Positions 11,189-19,864 of a stretch of 64,000 bases of DNA are shown here, in pieces. Under the pieces are notes generated by a model. That model was not told the origin of the DNA, made no database searches, and saw only the letters and a program-made list of their open reading frames with translations. Positions within the stretch are counted from its first letter, which is position 1. The number at the start of each line of letters is the position of its first letter. Origin of the DNA: an uncultured Bacteroidota bacterium. Its GTDB lineage: Bacteria > Bacteroidota > Bacteroidia > JABEUT01. Location of the stretch: contig CAVYDB010000047.1 in assembly GCA_963767125.1 (NCBI GenBank), forward strand, positions 2,585 through 66,584, read 5' to 3'. The translations under genes and the position numbers were made by a program.

Positions 11189-12061
11189 ATGACTGATTTA
11201 AACAAACGAGAAGTAAACGCGCTCATCAACTTGCTTGATGACCCCGATGAAAGGATATTCAGTACTATTAAGGGCAAAATTCTTGACTTAGGTGAGAAAG
11301 CCATCCCTGTGCTGGAAGATGCCTGGGAAAGCTCCATAAACATTTTACTGCAGACCCGTATAGAAAATATAATTCACCGGATACAGTTTGATAAAACCCT
11401 TGATTCCCTGGTAGAATGGAAGCAAAAAGAATCACCCGATCTTTTAGAAGGGGCTATCCTTATTGCAAGGTATCAATACCCGGAACTAAATGAGACTAAA
11501 ATAACAGAGTCGCTGCGGCAACTACACCAGGATGTATGGCTTGAATTGAATGACCAACTTACTGCACTGGAGAAAATAAGAGTAATTAACCATATTTTCT
11601 TCACAGTCCATCGCTTTATAGGCAATACTGAGAACTATACTGCTCCTGAAAATTCCTACATTAACAAGGTATTGGAAGCTAAAAAAGGAAATCCACTTTC
11701 ACTTGCCATTATATATTTAACTCTTTGTCAGAGGCTAAAACTGCCTGTTTATGGGGTTAACCTCCCACAACATTTTGTAATGGTTTATATTGATGAGCCT
11801 GTCTTTCCTTCTGAAAATAAAGAAGATAATATTTTGTTTTATGTCAATCCATTTAGCAAGGGTGCCATTTTTAGTCGTAGAGAAATAGATATTTTCCTTA
11901 ACCAACTTTCCATTGACCCGCAAAAATATTTTTATCTTCCCTGCTCCAATGTAGAAATTGTGAAAAGGCTTATTCGCAATCTTATTACATCCTATACCAA
12001 CCTGGATGACCGTAACAAAATTGCCGACATGAAGGAAATGCTGAAGACCCTTAATTCCTGA
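11189..12061 (+). CDS. Transglutaminase-like SirB1/YchA family protein
   Basis: KGNPLSLAIIY, VNLPQHF and YVNPF motifs. Confidence 0.8.
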   Translation: MTDLNKREVNALINLLDDPDERIFSTIKGKILDLGEKAIPVLEDAWESSINILLQTRIENIIHRIQFDKTLDSLVEWKQKESPDLLEGAILIARYQYPELNETKITESLRQLHQDVWLELNDQLTALEKIRVINHIFFTVHRFIGNTENYTAPENSYINKVLEAKKGNPLSLAIIYLTLCQRLKLPVYGVNLPQHFVMVYIDEPVFPSENKEDNILFYVNPFSKGAIFSRREIDIFLNQLSIDPQKYFYLPCSNVEIVKRLIRNLITSYTNLDDRNKIADMKEMLKTLNS

Positions 12062-12066
12062 TAATG

Positions 12067-12100
12067 AGAAAGGCATCCGTACGGATGCCTTTCTTTTTTA
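12067..12100. terminator. Intrinsic terminator between convergent genes, probably bidirectional
   Basis: Perfect 28-bp palindrome AGAAAGGCATCCGTACGGATGCCTTTCT (12067-12094) followed by a T tract. Confidence 0.8.
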
Positions 12101-12118
12101 CTTAGGTGAATCTAAAAT

Positions 12119-12568
12119 TTAAGCAATCTTAATTTCTTTGGTTGCTTTCTTAGCTTCCACTTCTTTTTTAGGTAAGTCAACAGAAAGAATTCCGTTTTCA
12201 TACTTAGCTGAGATGGCTTCGGTGTTGGTATTTTCAGGAAGAGTAAAACTTCTTGAAAATGAACCGTAACGGAACTCCCTTCGATTGAATTTGAGACTTT
12301 CATCCTTCTTTTCTTCCTCATGTTTAAAGGAGATAGTAAGGGTGCCATCTTCAGCTTCAATTACGAAGTTTTCTTTGTTTAGCCCGGGAGCGGCAACTTC
12401 AACAAGAAAAGCATTGCCTTTCTCTGAAATATTAACTGCCGGAACAAAGCTTGCCCGGCCATTATTAGCAGATGAAACAAAATCATCCATCATTGAAAAG
12501 GGACTCCATGGATACATATCGTTTCCATGTCTAACTAAACCGGGTTTTGACCATTTAATAAGTGTCAT
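12119..12568 (-). CDS. Small heat shock protein, Hsp20/alpha-crystallin family
   Basis: PAVNISE, APGLNKE, REFRYGSFSRSFTLP and AKYENGIL motifs. Confidence 0.95.
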   Translation of the reverse strand: MTLIKWSKPGLVRHGNDMYPWSPFSMMDDFVSSANNGRASFVPAVNISEKGNAFLVEVAAPGLNKENFVIEAEDGTLTISFKHEEEKKDESLKFNRREFRYGSFSRSFTLPENTNTEAISAKYENGILSVDLPKKEVEAKKATKEIKIA

Positions 12569-12639
12569 ATTGTTTTAAATTTATTGGTTAATGAATTAAG
12601 TACATTAGGTTTATATCAAATGCCGTGCCAAAATTTTGG

Positions 12640-12656
12640 ACTGACATTTTGTCAGT
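12640..12656. promoter_or_regulatory. Palindromic candidate operator ACTGACA-TTT-TGTCAGT upstream of hsp20
   Basis: Perfect 7-3-7 inverted repeat in the divergent hsp20/ABC intergenic region. Confidence 0.5.
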
Positions 12657-12694
12657 AATCATTCTTATAATTACCCTATTTTATGGCTTTTCCT

Positions 12695-12702
12695 TACCTT
12701 TG
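12695..12702 (+). promoter_or_regulatory. -7 promoter element TACCTTTG
   Basis: TAnnTTTG 30 bp upstream of the ABC transporter ATG. Confidence 0.6.
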
Positions 12703-12731
12703 CAATAATTATAAAAAGCGGAAAGGGATAA

Positions 12732-14507
12732 ATGAGTGAAGTTAGTGGGAAAGCATTTGATTTTAAGGCATTCCGAAGGGTTTTGGAGTACCTGCGCCCA
12801 TATAAAACTGTTGCCTGGATAACATTAGTTTTAAGTATCCTGATTGCAGGATTTGCTCCCGTCATGCCTATTTATATTAAATACATTCAGGATACTGCAA
12901 ATAAACTGGGCGGAATTACAGGGAAACCATTCTTGCTTCAATCGTGCCTTATACTTTTTGGAATACTTTGTGCAAGGAGCGTTATTCAATTCCTGAATAC
13001 ATACCTTGCAAGTTTACTGGGGCAGCATATAATAAAAGATATGCGCATACAACTCTATAAACATATCCTGGAACTTAAATTGCAATTTTTCGATCGTACC
13101 CCTGTCGGAACATTGGTAACCCGTGTAACGTCTGATATTGAAACAATTGCCGAAGTATTTTCAGATGGATTAGTGGTAATTATAAACCAATTTCTTGTAG
13201 TAGTTGTTATCATAATTTTTATGATTTATATCAACTGGAAATTAGCCCTTTTGAGCCTCAGTGTATTTCCCATACTAATTTTTGCCACCTATCTTTTCCA
13301 ACGGGCTACCCGGTCATCTTTTCAGGATGTAAGGATACAGGTTGCAAGGCTAAATGCATTTGTACAGGAACACATTACCGGGATGAGTATTGTGCAGGTA
13401 TTTAACAGGGAAAAAAGAGAATTGGAAAAATTCAGGCAGATAAATAACAGCCACAAACTGGCAAATATCCGCTCAATTTGGTATTATTCCATTTTTTTCC
13501 CTGTAGTAGATATACTTTCCTCTACTTCCATAGCCTTGATAGTTTGGTGGTGTACAAGGGGAATGCTCCATGGTACCGAAACATCAGGCACTATTACGGA
13601 ATATGTTTTATTCATTAACTATTTATTTGGCCCTATACGCCAACTTTCCGATAAATTCAATACCCTTCAAATGGGTGTAGTAAGCTCGGAGCGCATTTTT
13701 AAGCTTTTTGATACAGAAAGTAAAATTACTGATTCAGGAACCCTATCACCCCATAAATTACAGGGCAAAATCGAATTTCAAGATGTATTTTTTGGATATA
13801 ACAATGATGACTTTGTACTCAAAGGTGTTTCGTTTGGTATTGAACCGGGAAAAACCCTTGCCATTGTGGGGGCAACCGGTGCAGGTAAATCATCCATTAT
13901 TAATATTTTGGGACGCTTTTATGAGTTTCAAAAAGGAACCATTTTTTTAGATGATAAGGAAATAAGGCAATATTCTATAGAAACCCTCCGTAAGAATATT
14001 GCTATCGTTTTGCAGGATGTATTTTTGTTTTCCGACACTATTTCAAATAATATTGCTTTGTACAATAAAAACATCACTCAATCACAAATTAAAGATGCGG
14101 CAGAAGCAATAGGCGCAGGCCAATTTATAGAAAACCTGCCCGGCAAATATGATTATAATGTAATGGAAAGAGGGGCTATGCTTTCAGTAGGACAAAGGCA
14201 ACTCGTTTCATTTATACGTGCTTACGTACAGAACCCCGCCATTTTAATTTTAGATGAAGCCACTTCATCTATTGATACAGAAACAGAAAGATTGATACAA
14301 ACGGCTATTGAAAAACTTACCGAACACCGCACATCTATTATCATTGCACACAGGCTTGCTACTATTCAAAGAGCAGACAAAATTTTGGTACTCGACCATG
14401 GAGAAGTAATGGAATCGGGCACCCACCAGGAGCTTTTACAAAAAGATGGTTTTTATCGGAAACTGTATGAAATTCAGTTCCAAAAGGAAGAAAAACTAAG
14501 GGCATAG
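12732..14507 (+). CDS. ABC exporter, fused permease/ATPase (MsbA/MdlB-like)
   Basis: TM domain; Walker A GATGAGKS; signature LSVGQRQ; Walker B ILILDEATS; H-loop IAHRL. Confidence 0.95.
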   Translation: MSEVSGKAFDFKAFRRVLEYLRPYKTVAWITLVLSILIAGFAPVMPIYIKYIQDTANKLGGITGKPFLLQSCLILFGILCARSVIQFLNTYLASLLGQHIIKDMRIQLYKHILELKLQFFDRTPVGTLVTRVTSDIETIAEVFSDGLVVIINQFLVVVVIIIFMIYINWKLALLSLSVFPILIFATYLFQRATRSSFQDVRIQVARLNAFVQEHITGMSIVQVFNREKRELEKFRQINNSHKLANIRSIWYYSIFFPVVDILSSTSIALIVWWCTRGMLHGTETSGTITEYVLFINYLFGPIRQLSDKFNTLQMGVVSSERIFKLFDTESKITDSGTLSPHKLQGKIEFQDVFFGYNNDDFVLKGVSFGIEPGKTLAIVGATGAGKSSIINILGRFYEFQKGTIFLDDKEIRQYSIETLRKNIAIVLQDVFLFSDTISNNIALYNKNITQSQIKDAAEAIGAGQFIENLPGKYDYNVMERGAMLSVGQRQLVSFIRAYVQNPAILILDEATSSIDTETERLIQTAIEKLTEHRTSIIIAHRLATIQRADKILVLDHGEVMESGTHQELLQKDGFYRKLYEIQFQKEEKLRA

Positions 14508-14708
14508 CTTGTAAAAGTAAGTCTCTTGGTTTATGACAATTTACTGCATGTTTCAATTGCGAGGCTCTGAAATTAATGCCCTGATAATCAGGATAAGTAG
14601 ATATAAATCTATTGACTTGCAAACACATTGTTAACAATTTGTTTCGGTTTTAAACAGCCTATTGTGAAAAAAAATATTATATTTGTAACTACAGCAATTT
14701 AAAGATAT

Positions 14709-15026
14709 ATGTCTATTCATAAAAAGTGGTCAAATTACACCAGAAAAAACGCTTCCGCAGAACCTGAAAATTATGGTGTTTACGAAATTGGCGATATTGA
14801 AACTGGGGCAATTTTATATATTGGAGAAGGTAATATACGTTCAGGTTTATTAGCACATACTCCTGATGGAGGAAAGAATAAACATGTTTCAATATTCGGC
14901 ACTTCTATTGTAGGCTTATATGGTTACCGTTTTGAGGTTACTGATACCCGGGAAAAAGCTAAGCTAAGACAAAAAGAATTATTAAAGGACTTTCAAAAAG
15001 ACCTATCATTCCCTTCCTCGTTTTAA
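14709..15026 (+). CDS. Small divergent GIY-YIG-like protein
   Basis: GVY-x10-YIG motif (YGVYEIGDIETGAILYIGEG); residues at the usual catalytic Arg and Glu positions are not clearly conserved. Confidence 0.55.
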   Translation: MSIHKKWSNYTRKNASAEPENYGVYEIGDIETGAILYIGEGNIRSGLLAHTPDGGKNKHVSIFGTSIVGLYGYRFEVTDTREKAKLRQKELLKDFQKDLSFPSSF

Positions 15027-15179
15027 CCAAAAACAGGAGAAGTCAGCTACCCCGGTGTTTATATAATTGTTGCTGTTATTTTTCACTTTGTATTCTCGCT
15101 TTCTTAATTAAGTGCCATTTTGAGAAATGGCTTTCAACGTTATAGACGTTACCTATCACTTTTAGTTTTCACTGCCTTG

Positions 15180-15307
15180 TGCCCCCGCTAGGAATCCCCG
15201 TCCGAACGGGTCATCCGGGCGGGGAACATAGATCAGAAGTTCCGGAAACTTCCATACTATCCCCGCCCGACTGAATGTCGTTCGGGCAGGCGTTGTACTA
15301 TAAAGCC
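15180..15307 (-). pseudogene. tRNA-Arg(CCG) pseudo-copy with 29-nt D-loop and 27-nt T-loop hairpin insertions; additional T-stem and acceptor mismatches
   Basis: Aligns to tRNA 15940-16011 after removing the two inserts; first 10 nt overlap the end of the GIY-YIG ORF. Confidence 0.85.
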
Positions 15308-15543
15308 TTTAGTTTCTTTTGTAGAAATCTTCTTCCTGCTGCCGATTTAAAATATTTTTCGCGATTAATAGCCTCCTCCCTTGATTCAAATTCTTCTGAA
15401 TAACTTATTTTAAAGGGAATAAAGGGTTTTATTGAGGATGTCTTCCCTGAATTGTGTTCCTTTAATCTTATTTCAAGATTCTCGCAATGTCCTTTGTAAA
15501 AGTATTCATGGTTAAGGCTTTTTAAAACATACGCATAAAACAT
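15298..15543 (-). CDS. Stand-alone GIY-YIG nuclease (YhbQ/UPF0213-like), copy 2
   Basis: Y3-A-Y5, Y16-K-G18, R26 (RLKEHN), E62 (AINREKYFKS). Confidence 0.9.
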   Translation of the reverse strand: MFYAYVLKSLNHEYFYKGHCENLEIRLKEHNSGKTSSIKPFIPFKISYSEEFESREEAINREKYFKSAAGRRFLQKKLKAL

Positions 15544-15559
15544 TTTAAAGGTTTTAATG

Positions 15560-15687
15560 TGGCCCCGCTAGGAATCCCCGTCCGAACGGGTCATCCGGGC
15601 GGGGAACCTAGATCAGAAGTTCCGGAAACTTCCATACTATCCCCGCCCGACTGAATGTCGTTCGGGCAGGCGTTGTACTATAAAACC
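15560..15687 (-). pseudogene. tRNA-Arg(CCG) pseudo-copy with 29-nt D-loop and 27-nt T-loop hairpin insertions
   Basis: Identical to the intact tRNA from position 8 onward apart from the two inserts. Confidence 0.85.
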
Positions 15688-15923
15688 TTTAGTTTCTTTT
15701 GTAGAAATCTTCTTCCTGCTGCCGATTTAAAATATTTTTCGCGATTAATAGCCTCCTCCCTTGATTCAAATTCTTCTGAATAACTTATTTTAAAGGGAAT
15801 AAAGGGTTTTATTGAGGATGTCTTCCCTGAATTGTGTTCCTTTAATCTTATTTCAAGATTCTCGCAATGTCCTTTGTAAAAGTATTCATGGTTAAGGCTT
15901 TTTAAAACATAAGCATAAAACAT
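15678..15923 (-). CDS. Stand-alone GIY-YIG nuclease (YhbQ/UPF0213-like), copy 1
   Basis: 80/81 aa identical to copy 2; ATG lies 16 nt after the tRNA discriminator base. Confidence 0.9.
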   Translation of the reverse strand: MFYAYVLKSLNHEYFYKGHCENLEIRLKEHNSGKTSSIKPFIPFKISYSEEFESREEAINREKYFKSAAGRRFLQKKLKVL

Positions 15924-15939
15924 TCTAAAGATTTTAATG

Positions 15940-16011
15940 TGGCCCCGCTAGGAATCGAACCTAGATCAGAAGTTCCGGAAACTTCCATACTATCCGTTGT
16001 ACTACAGAGCC
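15940..16011 (-). tRNA. tRNA-Arg(CCG), 72 nt, CCA not encoded
   Basis: Cloverleaf folded by hand: acceptor GGCTCTG/CGGGGCC, D arm GTAC/GTAT, anticodon arm GAAGT-TTCCGGA-ACTTC, T arm CTAGG-TTCGATT-CCTAG. Confidence 0.95.
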
Positions 16012-16715
16012 AATTTTTTAAAGGATTGTAAAAATAGAAAGAATTTATAATTTTAATAAAATGACAGTAAAAAGAGTTTCGTAAACTTTCATACTATCCC
16101 CGCCCGACTGAACGTCGTTCGGGCAGGCGTTGTACTACAGAGCCAATTTTTTAAAGGATTGTAAAAATAGAAAGAATTTATAATTTTAATAAAATGACAG
16201 TAAAAAGAGTTTCGTAAACTTTCATACTATCCCCGCCCGACTGAACGTCGTTCGGGCAGGCGTTGTACTACAGAGCCAATTTTTTAAAGGATTGTAAAAA
16301 TAGAAAGAATTTATAATTTTAATAAAATGACAGTAAAAAGAGTTTCGTAAACTTTCATACTATCCCCGCCCGACTGAACGTCGTTCGGGCAGGCGTTGTA
16401 CTACAGAGCCAATTTTTTAAAGGATTGTAAAAATAGAAAGAATTTATAATTTTAATAAAATGACAGTAAAAAGAGTTTCGTAAACTTTCATACTATCCCC
16501 GCCCGACTGAACGTCGTTCGGGCAGGCGTTGTATTACAGAGCCAATTTTTTAAAGGATTGTAAAAATAGAAGGATTTTATAATTTTAATAAAATGACAGT
16601 GAAAAGAGTTTCGCAAACTTTCATACTATCCCCGCCCGACTGAACGTCGTTCGGGCAGGCGTTGTACTACAGAGCCAATTTTTTAAAGGATTGTAAAAAT
16701 AGAAAGAATTTATAA
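16012..16715 (-). repeat. Tandem array of five 133-bp units plus a 39-bp partial unit; each unit is the tRNA upstream region plus a tRNA-Arg 5' half with D-loop insert
   Basis: Unit ends (agagcc) at 16144, 16277, 16410, 16543, 16676; units 1-3 identical, five substitutions confined to 16534-16614. Confidence 0.95.
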
Positions 16716-16725
16716 GTGGATTTTT

Positions 16726-19700
16726 CTATTCTTCATCTTCAACCTCATGTAACGCAACATGCAAGTGATTATCTTTTACAAAATTGCACCATTGGCAATC
16801 TTCCTTACCGCATCCTTTACTAAATTCATGGTTTTGTATTTTTTGCCAGGTATCGGTAATTTGGTCAAGAACTATGGCAATATCTTCCTTACTTATAATT
16901 ATTTTCTCTGCTTTATATTCGTCTTTTACCGGCTCTATAAAATCAAACTCAGCACTAATGGCATCCCAATCATTATATTTCTGATTATCTAATAATATTT
17001 TATAGAATACTGCCTGTCTCCAATAATCGCCCCCAACGGTGTCATCACCAATGGGTCCTTTTAGTTTCTTTCTGGCATTATGCATATCTGCCGGTCTTAT
17101 AATCCACCACGTTTACTTTTTTACCATCAAATTCAAGCTTATCTAACTTACCATTCAGGGGCACTCCTTCAACTTCCACATTACGGATATTCTTCTCCAG
17201 AATTACAATCTTATTCCACTTTTTAATGTAAAAGTTATAATAAGGTGGCAATATTTTATCACCATATTCCAGTCTGCGGTTATATTGTTCTTTAGTAAAT
17301 GATTCTCTATTACGATACATAAACCGCCTGAAATCATCCATCATTTTCTCTTTAGATGGAAATATGTTGCCTTGAGCTTTCATCTTCTCAAACAAAGCCT
17401 GTAACGTAGAGTGTACTGCACTCCCAAATGCCATTGACTCTCCTTTGGCAGCAGGCACTCTAATTAAATTCTGATAGTAAAATTTAATCGGGCAATCCAA
17501 GTAATTATTCAGATGGGTTACACTTAAAGAATAATTTTGAAGTAAACTATCTAAATAGTTTTTATCAACCAATTCTATTTGAGGTACAGCCTTGGCAGTA
17601 TATTGTAATTCGAGGTATTTAATAAGTATGTTTTCCTCCGCCTTTTCTTCTTTTACTTCAATACTTGTTCCTTCCATAATCTCCCCTACAAAGGCAGAAC
17701 GCTCCATCCCCTTATTCTTATTTTCATTATCCTGTACCGAATATGAAATTGTAAGGTGTGTTTTAGCCCTGGTCATAGCAACATAAAAAAGCCTCCTTGC
17801 TTCTTCCAATTCATTTACCTCATATTTTTCAGAGGAGAAATTATCGGGCAATTTAAACTCATACTGGGAAGAAGATTTTTTATCATCCCAGATATTTTTA
17901 TTACAGCCAATTAAAAATACGTATTCATATTCTGTGCCCTTGGAGCCATGAGCAGTAACAAGATTAACCCCATCAGCGGTGGAAGACACTTTTACCAAAT
18001 CGAGCCGGATACGATTGTTCTGCATGGTTTCAATCATGTCGAGTAATCGTTGCAAGCTGATGGATGGGTCTTTATGGGTTTCCCCTTTTATAAAATCAAA
18101 CAGACCAGTAATAACCTGCATCAGCCAGGGCTTTTCGTCAGAATTTAAAACATAGTTCAATATTCCTGCCTCACGCACCACTTCTTCAAATAAGCCCTGT
18201 AAAGTAAGATTCGGCGAGGCTTTAATAAGGCTTTCCAATATATTACTAACTCTTTTTATTTCACTTACTTCCTCCGTACTGAATAAATCGGGCTTGGACG
18301 AACTCCCCTCTTCACTGATAGCACGGCGAATTGATGTTCTCTCATTGCGGTTACCATAGTTTTTCTGGGCGACCTGCAAGCTTAATCTTGCTATATCAAT
18401 GGCCGGAATAGTAAAGAAATCAAAATGCAAAATTTCAAATAGCATTTCATCTCCGCTATATGCCACATCTATTTCTGCGGCAATAAATTCAAGGATTTTA
18501 AGTATTTTATGAACGAATGGCAATTCCAATAAATTCACATTCCGTTTCATATTGTAGCTAATGCTCTTCTTGTCTAAGTAGCCTGATAGCTCGTCCACCT
18601 GCTTATGGTTACGGTATATAACTGCAATTTCAGAAGGGTCTATTTTGTCTTTAACAAGTAATTCTTCTATTTTATGCGCAATACATATTGTTTCATTAGA
18701 AGGATTGGGATACTCGATAATTTGGGGTAGTATTTTTAAATCCTTCACTACAGGATTGGAAGCAACTAAGTTTTTATCCTGAGACACCCTCTCTTTATTA
18801 TGCTCAATAAGGACTTTCGCAGCATCTAATACAGCCTGGGTAGAGCGATAGTTTTCTGTCAATACCACTTTGAAAAGCAGGCTGGAATACTCGTTGGCAA
18901 AACCACGAATATTTTCCACGTTCGCATCCTGAAAAGAAAATATAGATTGGTCATCATCACCCACCACAAACACATTCGGGGCATCCCAATAATGGATAAG
19001 ATGCTCGAGTAATTTCTTTTGCGAGCCGCTTGTATCCTGGAATTCATCTACCAAAAAATATAAAAACCGCTCCTGGTAATTGAGCAGAATATTATTGTTT
19101 TCTTCAAAGGCTTTCAGCACCCACAAAATCATATCATCAAAGGTGTATCGCCCTCTCTCTTGCATCATTTCATCATAGGTAGGGTACAGATTAACTGCTT
19201 CCCGCAGTTTTTCCATTCTTTCTTTTTCCTCTTTTATCCTATCTTCATTCGGCTCTCCTGCCTTATATTCCTTGTAATTTCTTTTATAAAAAAATCCATC
19301 TTTACCAGGGAGTTCTGCCAAATAAGCATCTATTCTCCCATTCAAAAATTCCAATGTCCATGCTTCTTTTTTTATCAGTGAAAAAAGATTCTTCACTTTG
19401 GGTATTTCATAATTTACTTCACCTTTAAATCTCTTTAGCAGGCTATCATTTGGAAGGTTGCTTAATAATTCCTTGAATAATTCTATTTCCTCTAACTCTG
19501 AAATAGCTTCTAAATTTTGCCTGCCGAAATAAGAGAGATTATCTTGAATCACCTCATTACAAAATGAATGAAAAGTGTGAATATTTACCCTATAAGCTGC
19601 CGGTCCTATGAGCTTGAATAGCCTGTTACGCATTTCAACCCTTCCGGTATCGGTATAAGTAAGACAAAGAATGCTATGTGGGGGAGTGTCGGTCTGCTGC

Positions 19701-19864
19701 AATATTTTACCTATCCGCGTAGCCAGAATTTGGGTCTTTCCGGTTCCCGGTCCTGCTATAACAAGCACAGGTCCCTCGATGTGTTCAACAGCCTGGCGTT
19801 GGGCTTCATTAAGCTTTTGAAAAGCCCTTGTGAAAGCTAAATCAACTAATTTATTATTCATCAT
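16726..19864 (-). CDS. UvrD/PcrA-type SF1 helicase fused to PD-(D/E)xK nuclease (AdnAB/AddA-like); one +1 frameshift near 17085
   Basis: AGPGTGKT, VDEFQD, VGDDDQSI, TAHGSKGTE, EARRLFYVAMTRAK; nuclease motifs GKLDKLE and VVDYKTG; continuation ORF 16726-17085 has QAVFY and CGKEDCQWC. Confidence 0.85.

Noticed and set aside
14580-14592. CCTGATAATCAGG palindrome (similar CTGATAATCAG near 30988) as a recombination site
   Set aside because: Too short, no recombinase nearby, and no matching flanks
16012-16715. CRISPR array interpretation
   Set aside because: Units are identical along their whole length, with no unique spacers, and there are no cas genes; the content is tRNA-derived
15298-16715. 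Known type III toxin-antitoxin (ToxIN/CptIN/TenpIN) call
   Set aside because: Repeats are 133 bp, an intact tRNA intervenes, and the protein is GIY-YIG rather than ToxN-like; only a loose architectural analogy
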